Of a stretch of 64,000 nt of DNA, positions 40,351 to 51,949 are shown piece after piece. The stretch lies in assembly GCA_030265395.1 (NCBI GenBank), contig JARFYF010000104.1, forward strand, positions 78,642,648-78,706,647. Direction: 5' to 3'. Below the pieces are notes generated by a model, which saw nothing but the letters and a program-made list of their open reading frames with translations, was not told the origin of the DNA and made no database searches. This DNA is from Rhina ancylostomus. Lineage: Eukaryota. The position numbers and the translations under genes are program-made. Each line of letters starts with the position of its first letter. Within the stretch, counting starts at the first letter, position 1.

Positions 40351-41319
40351 CACTATTTTCACATATCTCAGAGTGAGGTTTCTCAGGAACACACCTGTAG
40401 AGCACTGCTTCTGGACAAGTAGGGCAACTCGTATTGCACATTCCTAATTCTTATGTTGAATTGCATAGGTATGAACATTGTTAATTGCTGTCCAATTAAC
40501 ACTTTAGTAACAGTGAGCATTGATAATCTCTCCATTATTTACATTCTACAATTTGGCCCTAATAATTTGCAATGTACCCAAAAAATAGAATAATTAAACT
40601 TGCTCTCACAGTAAGTCATTAGGCAACTACAATGTGCCAACAAGATCTATTATAATTAGACATTTTTAAGTCAATAAATAGAAATTGTAAAATCTATTTA
40701 ATCATATTAAGTAAAGCTTATTTGCAATATAGAAGTGATTAGCATTGCCACACAGGAATACAGGAGATTCAAAAGCTGTCAATGTTGTTTTCTCAATATC
40801 TCCAAAGCCTTACTCAATAGTATGTCAGATGTTATATATTTATTTCCAATACTTATTGCCAACCCCACCCCCACAACCATTATATTTTTGTCAAGAGGTT
40901 TTACATTACTCTGAATGGGATCTTACAAGAGCTTTATCGAGCTGTCGAACCATCCATGCTTCCTCCTCCTCAATTGTTTATTGCAAAGATCAGAGATGCA
41001 GATTCAAAGTTGCATTCTGCCACAACTCCAAACTAATTAGAACCATTAAAAGCAAATGTCTTTTGACCATCCTTTGCAGTTCACAAAAAATAGTGCCTGG
41101 TCTGCAAGGCAGTGGGCCACTGGCTAAGCCACACCTATAAGTCATAGCATATCAAATCTGTCAAAAGGCTTTGTTTCTCTGTGGACTTTAGTACTTGGCA
41201 CCTGGTCCTGGTAGGTCCACTAATGTTAAAAATGTACCACATATATCAGCTTTAGGCCCCTTTGAAGCCTCACCCAGATAAGAGTTCTACTCACCCCAAA
41301 GTCAATCAAGCCATTGTAA

Positions 41320-41845
41320 ATGCCAGAAAGCAGTGAGAGGTTCAGATGGACGTCCAGCATCCATGCAGAGAGAAAAGCAGTCAGTGTTTCAGATGAAGTT
41401 ATTTATCAACCTCAGCAGCATCTGTGGAGGTAAAAAGGTGTAAGTTGATATTTTGGGTCAAGACCCTGCATTGGGTCAGAGGGAATAAGAAAAATTTCCA
41501 GTATTTAGCAGTGCATTGGAGTGGGGGGGGGGGGGGGTGGGAACAGAGGCTGNNNNNNNNNNNNNNNNNNNNNNNNNNNNNNNNNNNNNNNNNNNNNNNN
41601 NNNNNNNNNNNNNNNNNNNNNNNNNNNNNNNNNNNNNNNNNNNNNNNNNNNNTAAACGCAAAGTGGAAGAACAACATCTCACATTCTGCTTGGTACTCTT
41701 TCCTGAGACTGAGTCCTGATGCAGTATCTCCACCCAACTCATTGACTTGCACCTTTTGCTTCCAGAGATGAAGCATGACCCACTGAGTTTTTCCAGCATT
41801 CTGTTTTTTTCTTCTGCAGTTTGCTTCCAGCATCTGCAGTCTCTT
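41320..41845. mobile_element. Penelope-like element remnant with inverted terminal repeat copy (gap inside)
   Basis: KRKVEEQHLTFCL (41655-41692) matches the GIY-YIG C-terminal EEQHLIFRLG motif of Penelope-like elements. Terminal-repeat copies lie on the minus strand (41410-41480) and plus strand (41710-41845). Confidence 0.75.
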
Positions 41846-42451
41846 TTATCCTTATCTATCAAGCTGTCCTGATAATAGTTTAATGGCCCGTATACATGGT
41901 ATTGAGGAGTTCTTGGTCCCAGTTACAGTGTAATAATTGTTTGACAGAGGGGATGTGAAAACCAAGTTATTGGGGCAGTCAGTTAAGTGTTCAAGTAGAA
42001 TATGGCATAGTCAAGCTCTGAAATTTAGCAATGGAGAAAGGTTGTTGAACATTATTTGCCCAAAGTTTCCACAGTGCCACAGGTTAGACCAGGAGCCTTG
42101 CTGCCAGGAATTGGTGTGCTTATACTTAGGTGTTTTTGGTTTGCTTTGGAATAAGTCAATTTACAAAAAGTTTCTTAAAGCTAAAACTTCTGCCTCTCTG
42201 TGCTTTTCTAAGCTTCTTACAATTTTGAATCTGTCCACAATTGCAAGTAACCAGCAGTCCTTTACAATTTATTGGCAATTGATTGTACACTACTTCACCA
42301 GAGGCGCTGCTAGTATCTCCATCCGATATCTATTAAAATAAGCTGAAATAGGAGATTAGAAAGAAGCTCTGCTGTACCTGGACTCGATTATCAGCCATTT
42401 GATCTGTTATATGAGCCCAATGAGTAACTTTAGATCAAAAACCAATCTGGA

Positions 42452-42585
42452 TATCCTGGTGATGGGTATTGGCCTGAAATGTCGACAATTCCTTCCACCC
42501 CACAGATGTTGCTTGACTCACTGAGTTCCTTCAGCAGCTTGTTTATTGCTCCAGATTCCAGCATCTGCATTCTCCTGTGTCTCTC
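42452..42585 (+). mobile_element. Penelope-derived short repeat with mutated hammerhead core
   Basis: atcCTGGTGA-TGGGTATTGGCCT-GAAA-TGTC-gac, then cacagatgttgcttgactcactgagttcc..ccagattccagcatctgca. Confidence 0.75.
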
Positions 42586-43039
42586 ACTAATTTTAGCTCA
42601 AGCTTCTCAATTAAATATTTTTGAGGACTGTTCATTATTAGGTTGCATTAATTCTTCTGGTCTATATCAAAAATTTCTGCTACTCTGATATTGATTCAAT
42701 AATTCTGGTGCAAATTAAGCCTGTTTACAAATATTTTTGTGATAAGCATATCCAATTTATGTACATGATTAAAATAGATCAGTCTTTTCCCTAATTCACA
42801 CCCATTACTGTTTAGAAGCTTGTAAGAATGATCACCTTATGAAAGGGAACACGGTTGCACCTTTCCTTCAGAGGTATATCAGAGTCTATTATGAGCAAAC
42901 CACAGACTCATTATCCAATGCTTATGTGAATGCCTTGAGCCTCAACTATCCAAAAGCAAGATGCTGATCCTGGATCAGTGGCATCAATACTTACAGATGA
43001 ACAATTGTGCTTGAAGTGATTTCACATGCATGCAAAAGT

Positions 43040-43630
43040 AAAGGTGGCGACTACGTGTATAAAAGCACAGGCCACAGATGAAGCTGAATAATAATGCAGA
43101 ATCTTTGGTTAGCCACACCTGAAGTATTGCATCCAGTACTAGTCACTACATTTTATGGATGTGAAGGTCCTGGGAAGAGATTTACTAGCTTGTTTTTCAA
43201 AGATAAAGAATTCAGCCTTGAGACTCCACTGGACAAGTTACATTTCTTTGGAGGGAAAGGAGAAGATTCAATAGAAGTGTATAAGATCATGACACACTTA
43301 GAGACTACATATAACCACTCCACTCCCATTAGCAGATGGTTGAGGAGCCAGGGGATACAGATTCAAAGTGATGTGCAAAAGAAAAAAGTGGAATGTAAGG
43401 GAAAACTTCTTTAAGTGGCATATTTAGGATCTGGAATGCACTGACTGTAGGATTGGTGGTGAAAGTGGAATCAGTCAGACAAAAGGTTTTTGGATATGCA
43501 CTTAAGGGGAACTTAAGTTACAGGGGCATCAGGAAAGAGCAAGAGAATTGAACTGACCAGATTGCTCCACTGAGAGCTGGCAGAGGCTTGAAAGGTCAAA
43601 AAGCCTCCTTCAGTGTTGAACTGATTCAAT
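43040..43630 (+). mobile_element. Old CR1 3' fragment
   Basis: ttggttagccacacctgaagtattgcatccag (LVxPxLxYCIQ), DSIEVYKIM, tail aaagcctccttcagtgttg. Confidence 0.75.
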
Positions 43631-44174
43631 GAATCATCCAAACTGGCAGGTGAGCCATTGGTTCAATAGAATGAAATTTGGAGGCACAGTACAACATGCC
43701 GACCTTAACTTTGTGCGATATTTTGTGACAGCAGAGGGGATAAATTTCTGTCCAAAAATAATTCAGTTGTGGTGGAAATCAGGAGAACTAATACCTTTCT
43801 TCCAAAGACATTTGATGTACACGAGGGCTGTGCTGTGGTTTGTGGGGTTCCATAATTTTCGTAGTACAGCATATCCTGAAGTGGCATATAAATTTATTGA
43901 ATCACCTACTCTGCATCTGCTGTTCTCACTAATTGACATTATTCAATATCTACATTTTCCTGTGGAGTGGTGGTAAAATTCAATAGCTCAGACCATAGAC
44001 CAATTAGCCTATTGTTCCTACACTGTCCTTTAGATTTGTTCTATTTCCCTATTATTTCCCCAAAGCCCTGAGATATCTTCTTCTGAAAGCTGCTGTTGAA
44101 TATTTTTCCACCACTCTTTCAGACCGTAATAAGCATATTGCATAATAAAAATCTCATCTACTCTCTGAAAATCA

Positions 44175-44765
44175 AAACAAGAAATCTACAGATTCTGGAA
44201 GTCTAAAATAAAAACAAAATGCTAGAAATACTCAGCAGGTCATGTTGCATCTGTGGGAAGAGAAAGAGAGTTAACGTTTCAGGTCAAAGACCTTTGGTCA
44301 GAACTGGGAAGAAGACTAAAGAAGCTTGCTAAGCTGCAGGGAGGGTGGGAGACGGGGATGTTGGAAACAATGTTTTCTGGTCAATTAACGAATGGGAGCA
44401 GTTAGAGAGTGAGAATGTAGACAAAAGAATGTAGGGGTTGCTAAATGTAGAGCAGGAGAGCATGCCCAGCAGGTCGGACTGGGTCCGTCTTCTACGCCCA
44501 GAGGAAAACAAGAGAAAATAATGGGGAAAAAAATCAGGCTGTGCTAATGCCACAGATGGACAACCAAGAATGATAGAAATCAAGTTATCTGAAGTTGTAG
44601 AATTCAATATTAAGTTCAGAAGACACCCTCCCTGCAGTTTAACAGTCTTGTTTTGTCTCCTTCCCAGTTCTGATGAGGGTTTTTCGACCTGAAATGTTAG
44701 CTCTGTTTCACAGGCTGATGCAGTCTGACCTGCTGAGTGCTTCTGCATTTCCTGTTTTTATTCTG
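44175..44765 (-). mobile_element. Penelope-like element 3' end with inverted terminal duplication and two hammerhead-like motifs
   Basis: Minus-strand SELNIEFYNFR* (44585-44620) matches the PLE ORF end GLNIEFNNFR. Arms 44175-44345 and 44626-44765 are inverted copies. Confidence 0.8.
44665..44704 (+). ncRNA. Minimal type I hammerhead ribozyme-like motif
   Basis: agtt-CTGATGA-GGGT(ttttcg)ACCT-GAAA-TG-TT-agct: intact CUGAUGA/GAAA core, 4-bp helix II, helix I agtt/agct, NUH triplet GUU. The helix III palindrome has decayed from ACGT to ATGT. Confidence 0.55.
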
Positions 44766-44767
44766 AT

Positions 44768-45075
44768 CAGCACGGTAGTGTAGTGGTTAGCGTAACACTA
44801 TTACAATGCCAGCGACCCAGGTTCAATTCCCATCACTGTCTGTAAGGAGTTTGTATGTTCTGCCCATGTGTCTGCGTGTGTTTCTTCCAGGTGCTCCAGT
44901 TTCCTCCCACATTCCAAAGAAAAAGACATACAGGTTAGGAGCCGTGGGCATGCTGTGTTGGCACCAGAAGAGTGGCAACATTTGGGGGCTACCCCCAGCA
45001 CATTCTCAGTAATGTAAAAAGATGGATTTCACTGTGTGCTTCAATGTACATGTGACTAATTAATATCTTATCTTA
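44768..45075 (+). mobile_element. V-SINE with Rex1-like tail
   Basis: gcacggtagtgtagtggttagcg (A box), ggttcaattccc (B box), ggtgctccagtttcctcccacattccaaaga (V domain), tail tttcactgtgtgcttcaatgtacatgtgactaa..atcttatctta. Confidence 0.9.
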
Positions 45076-45080
45076 CATAC

Positions 45081-46236
45081 CTTCTGCTTGTTTTCTATCT
45101 ATCTTATTTTTATGTCCTTATGAGACACAAATCCTCCTCCAGAATTTCGATTCGTTTGACATGAGGAATTCCTTCTTCAAACACCTGCGCTCAGTCCGTC
45201 TGACAAGAGGTGACCAAACCTCCCAAGCAAAGAAGAAATTCATCACCTGAGAGAAGTCTGCCAATCAATTTTCTGAGGTACTTAAATATTTCTGGTGTTT
45301 TATAATAGAAACACTAGTGTACAAAAATATTTTCTCTACAATCAGATATATATCCACATGGAATGCTTATATCTTTATACAGTATTTCATTCTTTCCATC
45401 TTTACAATAAGGCAATGCAACTCAGGCACAGGATGTCATCCCCTCTGTAAAGTTGTCTCTGACTGATGGACAGTCATGGCATTTCTTAACATGGTACTTT
45501 CATCTTGATTTGGTAAATTGAGTAGTTCTGGCAAACTTTGCGCGCTGCCTTCAAGGATGTAACCAAAGGAATCCATCATTGAAATGGAAAAGCTTACAAA
45601 CGGAACAGTCTCTCCATCCCTAATAATGCACCACACCCCTTTCACCCTTCTCTCCTCCACTTTCATGATCCTGAAGTAGTTGGTATACTTTAAAAAAAAA
45701 ATCGAGACTGCTTCAAAATGTAAGTGCTATAAGCCACCATTCTGAGTTTCCCATTAGAGAGAAGCTGAGAGTGTGAGAGCTATTAGGCAAGGGAATGCCA
45801 TCGTAATTTTGTTGTGTTGTTGTTCTGCAACAGTACAATGACAAATAAAGAAATCTTGAAAATCCACTCGTCATCTTTCTTTCCTTAAAAAGTCCTTCAC
45901 CCATACACATGGTAACTTACCTGACACCAGACTATAGCTTCAGTAACTATTGAAATGTCTTCCATGTACACTTCAAACATACAGTTTCTCCATTGTCATT
46001 CTATGTTATAGCTTAAAGGATACCATTCTGCAGAATCTGAATCAGTGGGACAATCAATGTTCTGCCTCACTGCATCACTTCCTCACCCACTGTAAGCATT
46101 TGCTGTTCTGGGGAAAGATTGAGAGGTGGAGCAGGGAACACATGGTGAAGCACACACCACAGGAGGAGGATCAACAAGAAAGAGGTCAAGGGTGGAGCCC
46201 ATCATCAGTAACCTCATTGTCTACCCATGGTAACAT
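45081..46236 (-). pseudogene. Candidate decayed compact Ig-superfamily membrane-protein gene
   Basis: Canonical splice signals at 46236/45921, 45824, 45670/45598 and 45246/45081. With frameshifts it reads M-APPLTSFLLILLLWCVLHHVFPAPPLNLSPEQQMLTVGEEVMQ(C)EAEH*LSH*FRFC-NGIL..IT*NDNG-NCMFEV, then ITMAFPCLIALTLSASL. Confidence 0.35.
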
Positions 46237-46639
46237 CTGAAAGTGACACAAAAGTAACTAATAAATGAGATGTATTACAATTGAAACCAAAGGAAAGGAT
46301 TGCCAGAGATGAACATTAGAGGAATAATTTTAAAAATAAATAAATATTCACATTTTACATTGGAATTGCATTCATCATTGGTGAGATATTTTATGGGGCA
46401 ATGGAATTAATTGTTTCAGTGTGGAGAGGGTAATACTGAAAAGTTGAGCTGTATGGTTGCAATACTTAAGCAAATTGGTTCTCAAGTGAACCTATGAACA
46501 ATGAAGTGGCAAATCCACAAACTCTGCCAATTGTTTCTATCCACTTTAACTGTGCTACTGCCAGACAATGGAATGGTTAATTCAATAGACCCATAGCATA
46601 CCCTTTTTCTTGCTGAGAAATATGTTTCATTATAAATAA

Positions 46640-46815
46640 AAAGGCAAATGCTAGAAACACTCAGCAGGTCAGGTGGTATGAGTGGAGAGAAAAACAGTTA
46701 TCATTTGAAAGGTTATCTTTGTTTCGCTCTCTACACATACTGCCTGAACTGCTGAGTGTTTCCAGTATATTATGTTTTTTTCCAGATTTCCAGCATCTGC
46801 AATTTTTATTTTCAA
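46640..46815. mobile_element. Penelope-derived fold-back short repeat
   Basis: Inverted arms gaaacactcagcaggtcagg..gagag and ctctc..cctgaactgctgagtgtttc. Confidence 0.7.
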
Positions 46816-48244
46816 TATGTTTCATTACATTTGTTTAAAAAAAAGTGATTCAGAACTGATGACAGTACCACAGCTCCAGCAGGTATCTCTGACATAATGG
46901 GAAACACCCACTGAGGGCAGCAACACTAAAATGTGCACCACATCTGTCGATGTCTACTCAATCTACTGTGGCCAGGGTGAGATTTAGCTCTAAAACCATC
47001 ACCAAGAGCTATTCATAAGAAACTCACATTATTTCAGTTGTCTATGATGAGACACTGATTTTTATTCATTATGCATAAAGAGAAAAATGGCACACTGTCC
47101 TCCTTCAGCATTCCTACACCACTCCATTCATTGCCTCTTCACTGCTCCATTCATTGTGTTTTCACTGTTCCAATCATTCCATTCACAAGTACATAGCTGG
47201 GGCAGCTAGCACGGTGAATGACCAAATGGGGCCAAGGATTGTGGGGATGGTGAATGCTGTCTACACAGACACATCTCATGAACCAATGTTGTTCCCTCCA
47301 GGTCCAGAAGTCTCCCTGGAATAAAAGAATCATGGAAATTTCCAGGGTGCAGCTAACGTAACACTGTGACAAAGATTCAATGGACAAATACAACCTGCAC
47401 ACTAATCAAATGTAATCGAGATAGCATGGCAGATACAAAAAATCCCACAATGGCAAAATAGGTTCCAGCCAAGAATTTCAAGCTTTCGAAGCCCATCCAT
47501 CTTTCTGCTGATCTTTCACTTCCTTCAGAAGAGTAATTAGTTCAGTTGGCCTGCCAAACAACAACAACCTATTGAGCTGCTGGAGGCAGCATGAGCTGCC
47601 TACTGTTGACTTAACATATGTCACCCATGGCAATTAGATAGTGAGCCAGAGGCAAAAAGGATGAATACAGTTGTGACTTTCATTGCTACAGGCAAAACTA
47701 TGCCAATTAGGAAGATGCTAAAGTTCCACAATAGCTTCTCTGGTTAAGTGGAAGCATCTGAGATACATGGCTTACATCATTTTTAGAAATCTATGGCATG
47801 AATCTATACACATGACCTTACAGACATTCTTTGTTTTCTCAAGGGTATGTAGTATTTTCAAAGAAATGTCATGGTGTGCCTGGGGTAAAATTGTCTATGT
47901 CAGCAAGGATTTTTTTTAAGTAAATAAAAAAACAGAAATTCAGTTTGCACAAAACTCAAGAAGTGGAGTAGCCAATCCAAAGAAACTCACAATAATTCAA
48001 TGTTTAACAAAGGCCCCAAAATGGGGGAAACTATCATTATTACTCAATGGGTCAAATAGTCCTTGCCTGTGATCTATCAAATCAGAGATTGATAGGTCAC
48101 AGACTAAAACCATTTGACCAAGTGAGTCTATGCTAGTTCTTTGAAAGAGTGCTTTGTTTCCTTAACTCTGATTTTTTCCTCCTTAGCTCCATAATTTCCT
48201 TTAAATCTTCTGATGAAAACACCCTAGCTTGCAGAGTCACCCAT

Positions 48245-48639
48245 TATCACAATGTTGAGCAAGGAACAAGCTTGTAGAGAACCCAAATGCAGCACACCAA
48301 TACAAGACTGGAGTCAGGATACTTCCTCAGGAAGAACACAGGCAGTGACAAGAAGGAATCTTGCCTCAGAGATCAGAAGTGGAATCCCAACACAAACTGG
48401 ATCATCAAAAGGAATAGAAAACACATGACTGCTCTAGAGTAGATCACTCTAAGTAACTAGAAGCCAAAGATAGACCAATACTCTGGCAACTAGTGCTAGA
48501 GAAACCCAGGTACTTATGCTAGGCCCCTGATGGGGCTCAGGTGTGTGTCATTATGTAATCAGTCCAGCATGGAATCCATGTGCTGGACAACAAGGCATCA
48601 AAGGAGGCAAACTGAGGGCCAGAACTCAGAACCATGACA
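48245..48639 (-). mobile_element. Solo LTR (Gypsy-like), 395 bp, 5-bp TSD CCCAT
   Basis: cccat|tatcac...catgaca|cccat. On the minus strand it runs TGTCATG...gctgcatttgggttc...GTGATA. A second copy lies at 52772-52974. Confidence 0.8.
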
Positions 48640-49404
48640 CCCATTACCCATCCCTAATTCTTGTTACCATTCTAGTTATTCTCTTCTAAAACTATTCTAA
48701 TGCCTTGTTGCTTTTTCTAAAATGCAGAATCTAGAACTGAACACAATACAGCTGCTGAGATAGAACAAGTATTTTAATCTATTAATAACACCAAGAATCT
48801 AAGATGATTTTATATTAGCCTTCCCAACTTTCCTGCCACATGCAAATATTTGTTCATATACCACAAGTCTCCTTGAGTGGGACTAAAAAATAGAGCAATT
48901 AGTTAATATTGCATTCTTCATTCTTCCTACAAAAATGCATCCTTTCTTTAAGTTCATTTTTATTTATCTTTTCCCTGCCCGTTTCACTAGTATCATTGTG
49001 GTTTATCACTATCTATCTGGCAGTTCAGTACATTTTCATTGACATTATGTGTTTTCTGCCTCTCTACCTCTTTTTTCCCCTTTTATGATACTCCTTAAAA
49101 CATCTCTTCATCCAATTTTTGGCTTTAGCCCCAATATCCCCTCATGTGACTCAGTGTTAGTTTTACTTTGATATCACACTGGTGAAACATTTTGGAATAT
49201 TTTACATTTAATGTCCAATATAAATGCTGTTGTTCTTGTTGTATGCCAAAGGCCAGGCCATTGGTACACATCAAGAAGACCAGTAGTTCTAGTACTGCCA
49301 CCTGAGAAATACAACAAAATATATCTTATGCATATGAAAAATAATCATTCACCACTGCCCTCTGCTTCTTTTCCTTAAGCCAATCAACACTGAAACAAAA
49401 ATTG

Positions 49405-49820
49405 CTGGTTCTGGTGAAGAGTCTTCGACTAGAATCGTTAACTCTTTTCACATCTGCTCTCTGCCCTGCTGAATGCTTCCAGCATTTTATGATTTAATTT
49501 CAAATTTCCAGCATCTACACTTAGAACATAGAGCATAGAAAAACTATGGCACAATTCAGGCCCTTCAATACTGCCAGTTTATGTGATACTTGGTTAATTA
49601 TTTTTTGAAAATCCGCATAGCAACAGCAACGCTCATTCAACTCTTGCTGTTACTTCACCAAATAATTCAACAATATTTGTCAACCACAGTTAACCATGAA
49701 TAAAACTGTGCTGATTTTCACTGGAGATGAAAGAGACTGCAGGTGCTGGAATTTGAAGTAACAAACTATCTGCTGGAGGAACTCAGCGAGTCGAGCAGAA
49801 TCTGTAGGGGGAAAGGAATT
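49405..49820. mobile_element. Two Penelope-derived short repeats (49405-49520 +, 49722-49820 -) among decayed minus-strand CR1 pieces
   Basis: ggttCTGGTGA-agAGTCttcGACTa-GAAT-CGTT-aact; agagactgcaggtgctggaatt..ctggaggaactcagcgagtc. Confidence 0.65.
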
Positions 49821-50464
49821 ACCTTTCATTTATTGGCCCACAAATTTTTCAAAATGGCAACTAATGTTGTCCTGTGCTATTATTTCCAAAAGATTTCCCA
49901 CCATTAACATGAAGCTGCCTGGCCTTTAGCTGCTGAATTTCTCTCTTTGCTTCTTCTTGAACAAACTTCCTCTACCACTAGTCCCCGAATAAGATTTGAA
50001 GTCTGTAGACAGAATCACTGCAATTTCTACCTTTGCAAATCTTTATTAGATCCTGAAATATACAGTACTTTCTGCTCCAAGGATTTAATTGTTTATTACT
50101 TCTTATCATGCCTTTAATATTTTTGATTTACACAGTTTATGAATATACATATTTCAATATTGCAGTAGTGACATCAAACTTGCATTGCATGCTGATGGAC
50201 ATTGCTACTGTGCACCCAATTACCTCTGAGCATGGGTACATCACATGCAATTTGAGCTATGTACTAATTGCTTTTCACAATCAATTTCCAGTTTCAAATT
50301 TATTGCAGTGTAGAAAGATCATGTGCCACACAATAGAAATCCCAGACCACTGAATAGATACAAGTATTTAGTTTTATTAATGGTGTTGATATGATTCTTT
50401 CTTTTTTGGAAACTCTTATATTACATTAAAACATGCATTTTGAAATTTATGAACTGGTATTTCC

Positions 50465-50725
50465 CAGGTCTATGTTACGTTAGTTGATCTCAACAGTGGC
50501 ATGTAGCCTCCAGTCCCCAGGTTAGGGGGTGGGAAAAATAAGCTAAACCATGTGAACATTCCTGATGAGTGTGCATGTAGGGATGCAGGTCAGAACAGAT
50601 TAGTCTTGAATGCAAAACTCATATGACTGACACTCACTATGAACCTTCACATGTATAGTGGGCCTTTGGATGACGTGCCAGATAATAATTAGTCCCTGGA
50701 ATCATAAAGAGCCATTAGTGGAAGG
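50465..50725 (+). mobile_element. Ancient SINE-like repeat, decayed
   Basis: ttagttgatctca..ccccaggttaggggg..gactgacactcacta..tcacatgtatagtgggcc resembles, from memory, an old chondrichthyan interspersed repeat. Single copy here. Confidence 0.3.
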
Positions 50726-51949
50726 GGAAAATAAATCTTTACTTAGATTAAGATTCCAGCAGCCTTAAACAATGAGAATAAATAATGAGAACAACATTTA
50801 TGTTCAGGTGTCTCTGTGTTTCTGACATGAACTACACTGAATCTTTTGGCATTAAATTCATTGCTCATTGTTCTGACAAATTATATAATTTGTTCATCAT
50901 AAACAAATTCCAAAAGTCCTCTTCTAAATCCATTTTCTCTCATTTTGGTGTCAACAGTGAATTTTTCCTGGTTGCATTGAGTTTTTGGATCCAAGTTTTT
51001 GATATAACTTGGATACAATAATGCTCTCAACATTGAACCCTGCTCAATTATCCTCTTCCAACCCACTGTAAATACGATAGTTTCCCATTGGTTCATGCAT
51101 GTCAGTGAATGCCTTAATCATTTCTAGGATTTACCCTGAATTCTCATTGCTTTGACCTTAGCAATATTCTGTCATTGGGAAGTCCAGGTATTTCATATTT
51201 CTGAGTATGCCATTTTCTAATTGAGTTCTCACTTAAAGAAAAGTCAAGGTGATTCATCAGGCAGGAACTTCTATATCCAAACCCATGCTGGCTGATGTTT
51301 ACTGAATTGTACAATAATTGTACCCAAACGTTATCTGGGCAAACACTTCCATTATTCTTCAGAGAATTTAATCAACTACCAAATACTTCATTAATGGCTG
51401 TGTAGCCACTTGTGCCTGTTTTATTCCTGTGGTTCACATGGGGACGTGAGACAATTCTTAGTCTCTTGGTAGTTCCCCTTGATCCATTAACTCCTTCCTA
51501 ATGACTTTCAATGCCCCACAAATCTTTCTGACCTCTCCGCGCACTGTGATAATTGCCATCTGTCCCAAGGGACATGTTTGTTTTGAATTCTTTATCTTAT
51601 TTAGATTGAAGATCTTGTATTAGATATCTATTTTTGAGAAGGTATGTTACTTACACTTTCCCTTGTGAATTCTTTGATGAAATAATTGTTCAGAATACTT
51701 ACTATTTTGTGAACTTCTCAGTCTCAAACTGTTTTTTTTCAGTTTTAGCTCTCTTCGAGGGGCAAAATGTATAATAGGAGGGCTATTATGATAGAACAAA
51801 ATACAATCCTTGTTGGGTCACAGCTTGGGTACTACATACAGGTCTGATCACCTCAATAGATTGATGTGATTGCTCTAGTGGAGGTGTTTCTGATGGCCAA
51901 CAATTATCAATAGCTGGTGAAAACTACACAGGATGACCAACATTACTTA

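Noticed and set aside
44768-44835. tRNA gene (A and B boxes)
   Set aside because: No cloverleaf or T-run terminator; it continues into the V-domain and is a SINE head.
45081-45246. FAWEVWSPLVRRTERRCL resembling the type I interferon CAWE motif
   Set aside because: No Cys before AWE, wrong spacing, and upstream exons show no helical-cytokine pattern.
45921-46236. In-frame TGA codons read as selenocysteine
   Set aside because: TAG stops and frameshifts occur too and no SECIS is evident; decay is the simpler explanation.
47151-47402. Minus ORF with GDFWTW after an apparent acceptor (polycystin-like?)
   Set aside because: No further polycystin motifs. The plus strand ccctccagg..agtctccctggaat looks like an old short DNA-transposon-type repeat.
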